Shown: piece after piece, positions 36,663-46,831 of the stretch
How the letters are laid out: the number at the start of each line of letters is the position of its first letter
How positions within the stretch are numbered: the stretch's first letter is position 1
Assembly: GCA_017618175.1 (NCBI GenBank)
Contig: JAFZUT010000022.1
Span: 14,723 to 78,722 of the forward strand
DNA from: Alphaproteobacteria bacterium
GTDB taxonomy: Bacteria > Pseudomonadota > Alphaproteobacteria > Rs-D84
DNA length: 64,000 bases
Direction: 5' to 3'
Made by a program: the position numbers and the translations under genes
Notes under the pieces: model-generated
The model's database searches: none
What the model saw: only the letters and a program-made list of their open reading frames with translations
What the model was told of the DNA's origin: nothing

Positions 36663-37834
36663 TATTTCTTTGTTGGAATTTGCAATAATTGATCTGTGAA
36701 AATCAAATCTGGATTTTGAATACTGTTGCGTTCGGCAATAATACTGAACAACACACCACGGCGCAAGAAATTGCGCGCAATAATCCACAAACAATCGCCA
36801 CGGCGCACGGTATAGAACGTATCGTTATCGCCCGTCATTTCTGGCATAATAAAGTTATGATTAACGGTCGCAATTGTTTGTCCGTCACCATCGTGCAAAC
36901 GCACGGTAAGATTGTATTCTTGACCCGGTTTTAATTCGCCTGCATCGGCACCGACACCAAAATGTTTATAATCCGAAACACGTGAAAATCCAATATATTT
37001 ATCATCCAAAGACAAAGATACGCGAAGGCGGGGCAATGCATCACCCGTCACAATTATGCGCCCCGTGTCCAAATAATCGATTTTTGAAACGGTCAAATCG
37101 CCATCCTTTAAAATAGACGGTGATTGCAAAACGCGACTGCCGTCACGCGTCATCAACAAAGATACAGAATTACGATAATCTGCATCGGATATGTAAAGGA
37201 ACACTTTATCGGCAGACTTCATTTTTGGTTCCACACCCATAAGTGACAAAGTATAATTTCCAGGTTTCAAACCATTTGCCGGTGCATAAACAAACTCACC
37301 ATTTTCATTCGTTCGTTCCGTTGCGACAATTTTGTTGTTGATTAAAATGGAAATATTTTTGTTTGGTTGCCAACGCCCCGCGACAACAATTCCTTTTTCT
37401 TTGACACGCACAATATCAAATGTTGGAATATCAGCCGGCGTTGAAATGTTTTTAACCGTGTCGCGGGACACGGTTTCAACGGGTACAGGATTCGCATTCA
37501 ACACGATAACACGTTGCGGTGTACCGATACGAATAAAGATAACCCAAATTGCGACAAACAATACAATCAATGCACACAGTATTGGAAACCAATATTCGCG
37601 TAACAAAGATTTATTCTGGTCACGCGGCGTATGTTCGCGTGTAACAACAACCTTGGTCTTTTTTGGTTCTTCGGTTTCGTGCGAAAACACATTTATAGAA
37701 CGCAAAAATCTGCGTGTAAAATTGCGACGACGATTCAACCAACTGTTCTGTTGGGCGATTGCTTCATCAATCATATTATCGGTGGAACGTTTTGTCTTGC
37801 CAATAACCATAGTATTGTTGTTTGCCATAATCAT
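36662..37834 (-). CDS. LysM-domain membrane protein
   Basis: One TM helix. C-terminal LysM domain YTVRRGDCLWIIARNF...LIFTDQLLQIP. Confidence 0.8.
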   Translation of the reverse strand: MIMANNNTMVIGKTKRSTDNMIDEAIAQQNSWLNRRRNFTRRFLRSINVFSHETEEPKKTKVVVTREHTPRDQNKSLLREYWFPILCALIVLFVAIWVIFIRIGTPQRVIVLNANPVPVETVSRDTVKNISTPADIPTFDIVRVKEKGIVVAGRWQPNKNISILINNKIVATERTNENGEFVYAPANGLKPGNYTLSLMGVEPKMKSADKVFLYISDADYRNSVSLLMTRDGSRVLQSPSILKDGDLTVSKIDYLDTGRIIVTGDALPRLRVSLSLDDKYIGFSRVSDYKHFGVGADAGELKPGQEYNLTVRLHDGDGQTIATVNHNFIMPEMTGDNDTFYTVRRGDCLWIIARNFLRRGVLFSIIAERNSIQNPDLIFTDQLLQIPTKK

Positions 37835-37933
37835 TATCTCCTGAGGATGGTTTTACTAATGGACAAAATAGCATAAAAAAGTTTTCTTTGTCAACTTATT
37901 TGTGATATAATTCGCTTAAATAATGGGGGAGAA

Positions 37934-39013
37934 ATGAAAAAGATAGGTATTATGACCACAGGTGGCGATTGCAGCGGCCTGAACAGTGTAATAAATCGTA
38001 TCGTTTTAGGTGCGCGAAACCGCGGATGGCGGACGTTTGGCATAATTGATGGAACAGATGGCCTGTGCCATATGCCGGCAAATGCAATAGAATTAACGCC
38101 GGAATCGGTGCCGGTTGAGATGGCGCGTATGGCCGGCAGTTTTCTGCACAATGGTAATTCAGGCATTATGAATTTTGAAACCGCAATCAAAATGGGACGT
38201 GTTGACCAATTTAACAAGAATCTTAAACGGTCATTGGCGACATTACACCTTGATGCATTAATTTTGATTGGCGGCAACGGCAGTTTTTCGTTGGCCTATA
38301 AAAATAATGATATTTATTCGAAATTGTCTTTGGTGTGTATTCCAAAAACCATAGACTTTGATATACCGCTTACCGACCGCACAATTGGGTTTGATACGGC
38401 GGTGAATGAATTGGTAAAATATTGTGACCAAGTTTTATTAACGGCACGCAGTCATCATCGTTGGTTTGTTGTTCAAACGATGGGACGCGAATGTGGACGC
38501 CTTGCGCTGAACGCGGGGGTGGCGGTTGGCGCAGACGCGATAATTGTACCCGAAATAAAATTCAACGTTGATGATTTGGTGGAACACGTGCGATGTGTCC
38601 CGCGCGATTACGGCATCATTATGGTATCCGAAGGTATCACATTGCGCGGACATTCGGGTCGCCCGGCCGATATGATATCACGCGCATTGACCGCGGCGGG
38701 AATTACAAACCGTGCGGCATTTCCAGACTATATCCAGCGTTCCGGTGACACAACCGCGGCGGACCGTATTACCGCGGCGAAAATGGTGACGTGTGCATTG
38801 GATGCAATTGAAAATCGTGAAACAAATGTTATAACTGCACTGCAAGATAATGTATGTAAAACGGTTTCGTTGGCGGATTTTTATGCGGCGGGGGACATTT
38901 CGCGCGATCCAAATATTCCAGACCTTTGTACATCAAACGCGTATATAGAACCGGACGACCCACTGTTGGATGTCGCCACCGCGATGAATATTTATATCGG
39001 TGAAATGAAGTAA
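37934..39013 (+). CDS. pfk: 6-phosphofructokinase
   Basis: IGIMTTGGDCSGLNSVI, LILIGGNGS and MGRECGRLAL. Confidence 0.85.
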   Translation: MKKIGIMTTGGDCSGLNSVINRIVLGARNRGWRTFGIIDGTDGLCHMPANAIELTPESVPVEMARMAGSFLHNGNSGIMNFETAIKMGRVDQFNKNLKRSLATLHLDALILIGGNGSFSLAYKNNDIYSKLSLVCIPKTIDFDIPLTDRTIGFDTAVNELVKYCDQVLLTARSHHRWFVVQTMGRECGRLALNAGVAVGADAIIVPEIKFNVDDLVEHVRCVPRDYGIIMVSEGITLRGHSGRPADMISRALTAAGITNRAAFPDYIQRSGDTTAADRITAAKMVTCALDAIENRETNVITALQDNVCKTVSLADFYAAGDISRDPNIPDLCTSNAYIEPDDPLLDVATAMNIYIGEMK

Positions 39014-39036
39014 AAAAAGCGGGGTTTTCACCCCGC
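39012..39036 (-). terminator. dnaK terminator
   Basis: GCGGGG/CCCCGC hairpin followed by a 7-T run on the minus strand. Confidence 0.7.
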
Positions 39037-39057
39037 AACTAACACTAACCACTAACG

Positions 39058-40953
39058 TTACTTTTCCGAAAAGTCCGCGTCACGCGCATCACCAGATTTG
39101 TTTTCTTTTGATTCCGCGCCACCTTCGGCATTTTGTGCCGCCTGTTGTGCCTTGTACACGGCTTCGCCCAATTTCATAGCTTTTTCGCTTAACGCGTCGG
39201 TCTTGGCTTTCAATCCTTCCGCCGTTGCGTCCGCTTTGGCCAATTCATCGGCCAAATCTTTTTTCGCGGCTTCGATTGCGTCTTTTTCTTCCGCACTAAT
39301 CTTGTCACCGTGTTCTTTTAACGATTTATCAATCGCAAAAATTGCGGTTTCGGCGGTATTTTTTGCCTCGGCCAATTCGCGTTTCTTTTTATCGACTTCG
39401 GCATTTGCGGCGGCTTCATCAACCATACGTTTGATTTCTTCTTCACTTAATCCACCATCAGATTTAATTGAAATCGCCTGTTCTTTGCCGGTGCCTTTAT
39501 CTTTGGCCGACACGTGAACAATGCCATTTGCATCGATATCAAAAGATACTTCGATTTGCGGCATTCCACGCGGGGCGGGGGCGATACCTTCCAAATTAAA
39601 TTGACCCAACAATTTGTTGTCCGCGGCCATGTCGCGTTCACCTTGGAACACGCGGATAGTCACGGCCGATTGATTGTCTTCGGCGGTTGAAAACACCTGG
39701 GATTTCTTGGTTGGAATTGTGGTATTGCGGTCAATCAGTCGTGTGAACACACCACCTAATGTTTCAATACCCAATGACAACGGGGTCACATCCAACAACA
39801 ATACGTCTTTGACATCACCCTTTAACACACCACCTTGAATTGCGGCACCCATTGCAACAACTTCGTCCGGGTTCACGCCTTTGTGCGGTTCACGGCCAAA
39901 GAATTCTTTAACGGTTTCAACCACTTTCGGCATACGGGTTTGACCACCGACCAAGATAACTTCGTTGATTTGTGATTTTTCGATACCCGCATCTTTTAAT
40001 GCTTTCTTGCATGGTTCGATGGTACGTTCAATTAAATCCGCAACCAAAGATTCCAATTTTGCACGCGTCAATGTCGTATTAAAGTGCTTTGGACCACTGG
40101 CGTCCGCAGTAAGGAAGGGCAGGTTGATATCGGTCGATGTCTTGGACGACAATTCAATTTTTGCCTTTTCGGCGGCCTCTTTCAAACGTTGCAATGCCAA
40201 TTTATCGCCCGACAAATCAATGCCGGTTTGTGATTTGAATTCATCAATCAAATATTTCAAAACACGTGCGTCAAAGTCCGAACCACCCAATGCAGTATCG
40301 CCGTTTGTGGATTTGACTTCAAACACGCCATCGACAATTTCTAAAACAGACACATCAAATGTACCACCCCCAAGGTCGTACACAACAATCGTGCCGTTTT
40401 TGTTTTTATCCAACCCATATGCCAAAGCGGCTGCGGTCGGTTCGTTCACAATACGCAACACGTTCAAACCCGCAATACGACCGGCATCTTTGGTTGCTTG
40501 GCGTTGGGAATCGTTAAAGTACGCCGGAACGGTAATAACCGCATCGGTCACTGTTTCACCCAGATACGCCTCGGCATCTTTTTTCAGTTTTGCCAAAATC
40601 ATAGCAGAAATTTGTGATGGGGCATATTTTTTACCTTCAATTTCAACCCACGCGTCACCATTATCGCCCGCAACAATTTTATATGGAACGCGCGCCATAA
40701 TCTCGCGCACGGCAGGACTATCGAAACGCAGCCCCATTAAACGTTTGATTTCATAAATGGTGTTTTCTGGATTAGTCACCGCCTGGTTTTTTGCGGTAAT
40801 ACCAACCAATTGTTCACCGTTTGAAGTAATCGCCACCACAGACGGCGTTGTGCGACCACCTTCGGCATTTTCAATGATTTTTGGATCCGCGCCATCCATA
40901 AAGGCCATGGCGGAATTTGTTGTACCCAAATCAATACCTAATACTTTTCCCAT
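39058..40953 (-). CDS. dnaK: Chaperone DnaK (Hsp70)
   Basis: [22 protein letters not shown] and [11 protein letters not shown]. Start is the ATG at 40953 with an AGGAG Shine-Dalgarno. The ORF-track start is an upstream GTG. Confidence 0.95.
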   Translation of the reverse strand: MGKVLGIDLGTTNSAMAFMDGADPKIIENAEGGRTTPSVVAITSNGEQLVGITAKNQAVTNPENTIYEIKRLMGLRFDSPAVREIMARVPYKIVAGDNGDAWVEIEGKKYAPSQISAMILAKLKKDAEAYLGETVTDAVITVPAYFNDSQRQATKDAGRIAGLNVLRIVNEPTAAALAYGLDKNKNGTIVVYDLGGGTFDVSVLEIVDGVFEVKSTNGDTALGGSDFDARVLKYLIDEFKSQTGIDLSGDKLALQRLKEAAEKAKIELSSKTSTDINLPFLTADASGPKHFNTTLTRAKLESLVADLIERTIEPCKKALKDAGIEKSQINEVILVGGQTRMPKVVETVKEFFGREPHKGVNPDEVVAMGAAIQGGVLKGDVKDVLLLDVTPLSLGIETLGGVFTRLIDRNTTIPTKKSQVFSTAEDNQSAVTIRVFQGERDMAADNKLLGQFNLEGIAPAPRGMPQIEVSFDIDANGIVHVSAKDKGTGKEQAISIKSDGGLSEEEIKRMVDEAAANAEVDKKKRELAEAKNTAETAIFAIDKSLKEHGDKISAEEKDAIEAAKKDLADELAKADATAEGLKAKTDALSEKAMKLGEAVYKAQQAAQNAEGGAESKENKSGDARDADFSEK

Positions 40954-40991
40954 TTTGTTCACTCCTGTTTGAATCTTTCTTGGTATGACAC

Positions 40992-41021
40992 AGATATAGT
41001 GCCACCAAACCCCATTTCAAG
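40992..41021 (-). promoter_or_regulatory. Sigma32 (RpoH)-type heat-shock promoter of dnaK
   Basis: Minus strand reads CTTGAAA, then N, then CTATATCT with about 18-nt spacing. This resembles the alphaproteobacterial CTTG-N17-CYTATNT consensus. Confidence 0.5.
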
Positions 41022-41059
41022 ACCATAGGAATAAAATTTAATGGTTGGTATTAGTGATT

Positions 41060-41083
41060 AAAAATGCGGGGCAAATGCCCCGC
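41060..41083 (-). terminator. rplY terminator
   Basis: GCGGGGC-aaat-GCCCCGC hairpin followed by a T-run on the minus strand. Confidence 0.65.
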
Positions 41084-41109
41084 AAACATATTTATATCGA
41101 CAACACCAA

Positions 41110-41733
41110 TTATTTCTTGGCCGGTGCCGCCGCGGCAGCGTCAGCCGCAGGCTTCTTGGTGTCGGCTTCTTCTGGCATTTTACCACCAATTGTGGCGAAC
41201 GCCAATTCTGCCTGGTGCAGGCCCAACGACACGCCATCCGGCAATTTCAAATCAGAACCGTGAACGGTATCACCAATGGTCAAATCGGCCAAATCCAAAA
41301 CGATTTTTTCCGGCAATTTATCAACCAACGCCACAACCGAGACTTTACGGACCGCAAAGTTCAAAACGCCACCCAATTTCAAACCTTTGGACGTTTCGGC
41401 GTTGATAATTTCAACCGGAACAGACACGCAAACCGGCTTTTTCACATCGATGCGTTTAAAATCGACGTGAACGATTTTGTCGGTCACCGGGTGATATTGA
41501 ATATCCATCAACATGGCGTCTTCTTTACCATTTTTTGTTGTGATATTGAAAAGTTTTGTTCGTAATGCCGGAATCACGGAAATCGGTGCAAAGTCACGAC
41601 CGGAAATCTCAATCGCGACCGGATCTTTCTTTTCACCATAGATAACGGCGGGGATGTTTTTGTTGTTACGAATTGCACGTGCGGCCCCCTTGCCGGCAAC
41701 ATTGCGAATTTCTGCCTTTAATTCAATTGCCAT
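41110..41733 (-). CDS. rplY: 50S ribosomal protein L25/Ctc (general stress protein form)
   Basis: MAIELKAEIRNVAGKGAARAIRNNKNIPAVIYG with a long Ctc-type C-terminal domain. Confidence 0.85.
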   Translation of the reverse strand: MAIELKAEIRNVAGKGAARAIRNNKNIPAVIYGEKKDPVAIEISGRDFAPISVIPALRTKLFNITTKNGKEDAMLMDIQYHPVTDKIVHVDFKRIDVKKPVCVSVPVEIINAETSKGLKLGGVLNFAVRKVSVVALVDKLPEKIVLDLADLTIGDTVHGSDLKLPDGVSLGLHQAELAFATIGGKMPEEADTKKPAADAAAAAPAKK

Positions 41734-41827
41734 TTTTTTATCCTTTTGCTTGCAATTTTTAATTCTGCACAACCTCCAAGGGTGTTGTGCGCGGCCCATT
41801 ATGAACCAAAACAAACGAAAAATCAAG

Positions 41828-42397
41828 TTATTTATTACCGTTACGGCGTAAAATCAAAAAACGCGCGCGACCATATTTTTTATCCCGCAAAACATCCCAT
41901 TTTGTTTCATCGGGGGAATATGGCACATTTGATTCAATTTCTTGGACAACAACGGTGCCGGCCCGCGCACATTCCGCCAATTTTGTGACGAATTCAATGC
42001 CCAAATCCGCATTTTCGTATGGCGGGTCAACAAAGACCAATTCCGCCCGCGGTCCATATTTACATATGCGTTCAATTGCATCATTCTGGTCAATTTTGTA
42101 TCGGGTCCAATCCGTATTCAACCCCGAAACATTTTTCTGCACTGTTTTAATAGACTCGTCCGCCACATCGGTAAATATCACCGTGGCATCCGGACACCGT
42201 GACAAAATCTCAATTCCCAACACCCCGGAACCCGCAAAGGCATCCCATACGGTCATCTTTTGCCAATCATACACAAATCCCGTCAGCATATTAAATATTG
42301 CGCCACGTGCCATGTTTTGTGTCGGTCGCGCGCCCGTGGGCAACGCCAATTTCCGCCCACGATATGCCCCAGAAATAATTTGCAATTTAGAATCCAT
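41828..42397 (-). CDS. rsmD: 16S rRNA (guanine966-N2)-methyltransferase RsmD
   Basis: IISGAYRGRKL...RPT..., DAFAGSGVLGIE and VFVDPPY. Confidence 0.85.
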   Translation of the reverse strand: MDSKLQIISGAYRGRKLALPTGARPTQNMARGAIFNMLTGFVYDWQKMTVWDAFAGSGVLGIEILSRCPDATVIFTDVADESIKTVQKNVSGLNTDWTRYKIDQNDAIERICKYGPRAELVFVDPPYENADLGIEFVTKLAECARAGTVVVQEIESNVPYSPDETKWDVLRDKKYGRARFLILRRNGNK

Positions 42398-42415
42398 GCT
42401 GTAAACTTTACAATT

Positions 42416-42868
42416 ATGAATATAATGAAGCAAGTTTTAAATTTGGCACGTCACGCCGCCGCGTGCGGCGATGTCCCAATTGGCGCGGTGATTGTCCGCG
42501 ACGGGGAAATTATTGCCCGTGGCGAAAATATGGTTCAACGGAAACAAAACCCGACACTGCACGCCGAAATCGTTGCAATCAACCGTGCGTGTAAGAAATT
42601 GGGACAAAAATTCTTGGATAACTGTGATATCTATGTTTCATTGGAACCATGCGCAATGTGCGCGACCGCAATATCTTTTGCGCGAATCCGCAATATATAT
42701 TTTGCGGCACGGGACGACAAGGGCGGCGGCATAACCGCAAACGCCCGCGTGTTTGACAACGACAAACACCTTTGGCACCCGAACATAATTCAAATGCCAG
42801 AATACGCAGACGAATCCGCCGAATTGTTACGAGAATTTTTTCTTGCACGGCGCAAAGTACTAAACTAG
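42416..42868 (+). CDS. tadA: tRNA-specific adenosine deaminase
   Basis: HAEIVAI...SLEPCAMCATAI zinc-binding CDA motifs. Confidence 0.9.
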   Translation: MNIMKQVLNLARHAAACGDVPIGAVIVRDGEIIARGENMVQRKQNPTLHAEIVAINRACKKLGQKFLDNCDIYVSLEPCAMCATAISFARIRNIYFAARDDKGGGITANARVFDNDKHLWHPNIIQMPEYADESAELLREFFLARRKVLN

Positions 42869-44332
42869 ACTCTTTCCGGTCATATCCGCCGGTTTTTTTA
42901 CACCCAACAATTTTAATATTGTCGGTGCAACATCCGCCAAACCGCCATTTTTAATCTTTTTATATTTGGGTTCGCTTACCAAAATCGCGCGAACCTTATT
43001 ATTTGTATGTGCCGTCCACGGGGCCTTTGCCTTATTATCCCACATTTTTTCGGCGTTTCCATGGTCGGCAATAATCAACATTTGCCCGCCCAATTTCAAA
43101 ACCGCCGGGACAATCTGCGCCAGTTGTTCATCCAAACATTCCATCGCCTGAACAGTCGCCCGCTCATTTCCGGTATGTCCAACCATATCGCCATTGGCAA
43201 AGTTCATCATAACAACATCAAATTTTTTAAGTCTTGGCAACAATGCCCGTGTGATTTTCGGCGCGGACATTTCGGGTTTCATATCAAACGTTGCAACCGC
43301 CGGTGAATCAATCAAGACCTTTTCTTCGCCCGGAAAATCGATTGTGCGTTCTGCGTCCATAAAGTATGTGACGTGATTATATTTTTCTGTTTCCGCAATA
43401 CGCAATTGGCTAAGGCCCGCCACCGCCACAACATCGCCCAAGGTATTTTCCACCGGAATATCATTTAACAGTGCAGGGCATTTTTCGTTTAATCCTTCGC
43501 CATATTGGGAAAAGCACAGTATATGCGCGCCCGTGTCCAACATAGCACGCACAATCTGGCGCGCGCGGTCACTGCGATAATTACCAAACACAAACCCGTC
43601 ACGCCGGGTAATCGGCACCGCGTTTATAAGGGTCGGCTTGAAAAATTCATCGGTCACACCATCAACATAGGATTGTTTTATCGCGTTTTCTATTGTATCG
43701 GCACGCAAATTGGCCCGGGCGCGCGCAATCGCATTAAATGCCAATTCTGTACGGTCCATATTCTTGTTGCGGTCCATTGTATAATAACGTCCCGACAATG
43801 TTCCAAAGAAAACTTGGTTTTTCACGAAATATGGCGCCAACATACGTTTAATTGTCCGGACATATTTCATTGCAGACCGCGGCGGCGTATCGCGCCCATC
43901 GCCAATAAAATGGATACAAACGCGCAGGCCCGCATCCAAGATATATTTTACGATTTTCATTTCATCGCGCACATCGGCATGAACGCGACCATCGGACATC
44001 AACCCCGCAAAATGCACAATTCCGCCATCGCGTTTAACATCCGCGATAAATTTATTTAACGATTTATTTTTCGCCCAATCTTCGCGCGCAAACCGCAACA
44101 GATATTGCGAAACTACGCGTCCGGCCCCAATGCAAATATGCCCAACTTCGGAATTTCCCATTAAATTTTCCGGCAGTCCAACGGCGGTACCACTGGCACG
44201 CAACAAAGAATTTGGATATTTCTTTATCAATCCGCGGAAAAACGGCATTTTGGCACGTGCCACCGCATTATGTGCACGATTCTCGCTGTAACCCACGCCA
44301 TCCAATATACATAAAACAACCGGACCCGACAT
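42860..44332 (-). CDS. gpmI: 2,3-bisphosphoglycerate-independent phosphoglycerate mutase
   Basis: VVLCILDGVGY, GNSEVGHICIGAGR and ADHGNAE. Confidence 0.9.
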   Translation of the reverse strand: MSGPVVLCILDGVGYSENRAHNAVARAKMPFFRGLIKKYPNSLLRASGTAVGLPENLMGNSEVGHICIGAGRVVSQYLLRFAREDWAKNKSLNKFIADVKRDGGIVHFAGLMSDGRVHADVRDEMKIVKYILDAGLRVCIHFIGDGRDTPPRSAMKYVRTIKRMLAPYFVKNQVFFGTLSGRYYTMDRNKNMDRTELAFNAIARARANLRADTIENAIKQSYVDGVTDEFFKPTLINAVPITRRDGFVFGNYRSDRARQIVRAMLDTGAHILCFSQYGEGLNEKCPALLNDIPVENTLGDVVAVAGLSQLRIAETEKYNHVTYFMDAERTIDFPGEEKVLIDSPAVATFDMKPEMSAPKITRALLPRLKKFDVVMMNFANGDMVGHTGNERATVQAMECLDEQLAQIVPAVLKLGGQMLIIADHGNAEKMWDNKAKAPWTAHTNNKVRAILVSEPKYKKIKNGGLADVAPTILKLLGVKKPADMTGKSLV

Positions 44333-44457
44333 AACTTTTTCCCCTTTTGAGTTTTTTAACACTGATAAGCATATCATACCGCTTTTTTGATTGCAAAACA
44401 AAAAGAAAGATTGTATAAAAAGAACTAGGAAACGCGTCCTTGACCAGGAGGAAAATT

Positions 44458-44871
44458 ATGGCAGGCAAAACATATATCCCAAGCACCGTTGATCAACACA
44501 TTGGCCGGCGTATGCAGTTGCGGCGCACAATGTTGGGGCTTTCTTTGAAAGATTTGGCACAAAAATGTGGTGTGACATTTCAACAGATTCAAAAATATGA
44601 AACGGCGGACAATCGTATATCTGCATCGCGTTTGTTTGAAATTGGTTCCGCGATGCAAACCCCGGTATCATTTTTCTTTAACGGATTGCCGGGCAATATG
44701 CCGGACGAAACGCGCGCAAATCGGTCGATACACCTGCATCAACCCGACGCAGACGACCCAATGTTGCGCACAGAAAGTTTAGAATTGATACGGCTTTATT
44801 GGCGATTGGCAACCGACGAACAACGCGCAGCCGTCATAAAAATGCTTAAAACATTTACCGGCGAAGATTAA
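44458..44871 (+). CDS. XRE-family HTH transcriptional regulator (alphaproteobacterial type)
   Basis: AGGAGG Shine-Dalgarno. HIGRRMQLRRTMLGLSLKDLAQKCGVTFQQIQKYETADNRISASRLFEI. Confidence 0.85.
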   Translation: MAGKTYIPSTVDQHIGRRMQLRRTMLGLSLKDLAQKCGVTFQQIQKYETADNRISASRLFEIGSAMQTPVSFFFNGLPGNMPDETRANRSIHLHQPDADDPMLRTESLELIRLYWRLATDEQRAAVIKMLKTFTGED

Positions 44872-44892
44872 GGCAATCATTATTAAAATTTA

Positions 44893-44918
44893 ACACCGCC
44901 GTTTGGCGGTGTTTGTTT
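44893..44918. terminator. Bidirectional terminator
   Basis: ACACCGCC-gttt-GGCGGTGT hairpin followed by a T-run. Confidence 0.75.
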
Positions 44919-44945
44919 ATATAAACCACATGTTCACGACACAGA

Positions 44946-46796
44946 CTAATTGTCTGCTGATGGTGCTGCGCAAGAAGAACATCTCTCCATTGCTTCAACA
45001 CGCGTTACCAAAGCGCTGTAATCTGACGACAATGCGCTGTATTGGCTTTTCAATGTTGCCAATTCTGACGCCAAACCTGGATTCGCCGCCGTCCCATTAC
45101 CATTGACGGTGGTTTCAAGATTGCTTGCCCGTGTCTGCAACGAAGTAATGTTCGATGTATTGGTTGCAACCGTCCCACGCAAACCACTAGAGGCCGTTTT
45201 ACCAACAATTGTCGTCAAACCACTTGCGGTTTCACTGCCATCGGCGGCGCCATACACGGTCGTGTTCAATGTTTGTGTATTTGTCAACGCGGTCGATGCA
45301 TTACTGGATGCCGTATTCGCCGTGCTCAACGCACTGGACGCATTGGACGCCGCTGTGTTAGCCGTGGATTCAACCGTTCCCAACGCAGTCTTGGTTGCAT
45401 AGGTATTTGATGCATTCGTTTGAGTCAAATATGTCGATGCCGCGGCCGATGAATCCAATTTATTGGACAAATCGTTGGTATTTGCCGCCACCTGTTTAAC
45501 CAAACCACTGGTTGCATCACCAACCGTTGTTTCCAACGCGGTAATTTTGCCATTTGCCGTGGTCAAATCACTGCTGTCCGCCTTGCCAGACAATGCGGTT
45601 GTCACGCTAGATTGATATGTTGTAAATGTTGTCGTGTCAACCTTGCCGTTTGCGGTTTGTTGCGCGGTTTGCGCCGCACTGGTCGCATTATCCGCCGTAC
45701 TCTGTGCCGTATTGATTGCCGAACTTATGGAACTAACATTTGTTCCGCTTATTGCCTTGCATACATAATATGTCGCATTGGTGGTTTGATTCGTACACAT
45801 CAAATATGCACCGTCACAGGCACCGCTGGTACGGGTATCTACGATTTGCATGCATGTATCCTGCACTGTATCGGTCGCAACAGTTGTTTCATCGCACATG
45901 GTCCTGGTATTCGTCAAATAGCCCGCCGCCGAAGATGTTGCCGCCGTATAAACACTGGTTGTATTCTTGACAGTTTTATTCAGGTTGGCCGATGTAATAC
46001 CATCACAAACGCCAACCCCGTCATTACCATTTGTTCCGTTTGCACCATCATTGCCATTATACACATAATCGTATGTTGGGTTTTCATTATTGCAATCTGT
46101 CTTGGCTATGCGAACACCATTCTTACCAGATTCTGCACACTGAACCGTTTCGTTCGGTCCGCATACAGTGGATGTTATCGTTGATTGACACGCCGCACCG
46201 GTTGCGCCTGTTGCACCATCTGTACCATTATACACAACATCCTGAGTTGGATTGGCGTTATTGCAATCCGTCTTGGTATATATAACACCGGACTTGGTCG
46301 CAACAGGGCACTTCTGGGTTAAATCAGGTCCGCACTGTGTGGTGGTCAACGTCGATTGACACGCCGCACCGGCTGCACCCGTTGCACCATCTGCACCGTT
46401 GTACACAACATCCTGCGTTGGATTGGCGTTATTGCAATCCGTCTTGGTATATATAACACCGGACTTGGTCGCAACAGGGCACTTCTGGGTTAAATCAGGT
46501 CCGCACTGTGTGGTGGTCAATGTTGATTCACACGCCGCACCGGGCGCACCATCAACGCCATTTGTTCCGGGGGCACCGACCAATGATGCCAAGAAATCGG
46601 CCTCGGTTCCGGTGTTGCCGGCATTTAACCAAATCTGGTATGCAGACGCACCATCGGCACCCGCCGCACCGTTGGTCCCGTTCGATGGGATTGGCACAAT
46701 AATATTACCAATAACCCTATCTGCCGCGACCGCCGGCGCACCGACCACCATGGCCAGCGCCATACACACGCCCCAAAAAGTCATTTTTTTGTACAT
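44946..46796 (-). CDS. Secreted fibre-like protein (616 aa): collagen-like triplets, tail-fibre-like motif, three 57-aa Cys modules and a Ser/Thr/Ala/Asn-rich stalk
   Basis: Signal peptide. GAAGADGASAYQIWLNAGNTGTEADFLASLVGAPGTNGVDGAPG. Three repeats of GAAC(E/Q)STLTTTQCGPDLTQKCPVATKSGVIYTKTDCNNANPTQDVVYNGADGATGAA. A long low-complexity C-terminal half. Confidence 0.8.
   Translation of the reverse strand: MYKKMTFWGVCMALAMVVGAPAVAADRVIGNIIVPIPSNGTNGAAGADGASAYQIWLNAGNTGTEADFLASLVGAPGTNGVDGAPGAACESTLTTTQCGPDLTQKCPVATKSGVIYTKTDCNNANPTQDVVYNGADGATGAAGAACQSTLTTTQCGPDLTQKCPVATKSGVIYTKTDCNNANPTQDVVYNGTDGATGATGAACQSTITSTVCGPNETVQCAESGKNGVRIAKTDCNNENPTYDYVYNGNDGANGTNGNDGVGVCDGITSANLNKTVKNTTSVYTAATSSAAGYLTNTRTMCDETTVATDTVQDTCMQIVDTRTSGACDGAYLMCTNQTTNATYYVCKAISGTNVSSISSAINTAQSTADNATSAAQTAQQTANGKVDTTTFTTYQSSVTTALSGKADSSDLTTANGKITALETTVGDATSGLVKQVAANTNDLSNKLDSSAAASTYLTQTNASNTYATKTALGTVESTANTAASNASSALSTANTASSNASTALTNTQTLNTTVYGAADGSETASGLTTIVGKTASSGLRGTVATNTSNITSLQTRASNLETTVNGNGTAANPGLASELATLKSQYSALSSDYSALVTRVEAMERCSSCAAPSADN
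46029..46541. repeat. Three tandem 171-bp (57-codon) repeats inside the 616-aa fibre gene; the two 5'-proximal copies are nearly identical
   Basis: DNA at about 46200-46370 and 46371-46541 matches almost base for base. The third copy (46029-46199) is divergent. Confidence 0.85.
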
Positions 46797-46831
46797 TTGA
46801 CTTCCTTTTTGTTTATTTCACAATCCTTTCC

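Noticed and set aside
39965-40756. 263-aa ORF antisense to dnaK. Similar long antisense ORFs include 35063-35632 in gdh, 28134-28640 in xseA, 53240-53866 in dnaE and 61897-62712 in the giant adhesin gene.
   Set aside because: These are shadow ORFs on the opposite strand of strongly supported genes. Their composition is low-complexity or Cys/Arg-rich, and they have no Shine-Dalgarno or independent signals.
40954-40962. Upstream start (MNK...) for dnaK given in the ORF track.
   Set aside because: That codon is GTG. The ATG at 40953 follows an AGGAG Shine-Dalgarno and gives the canonical [15 protein letters not shown]-terminus.
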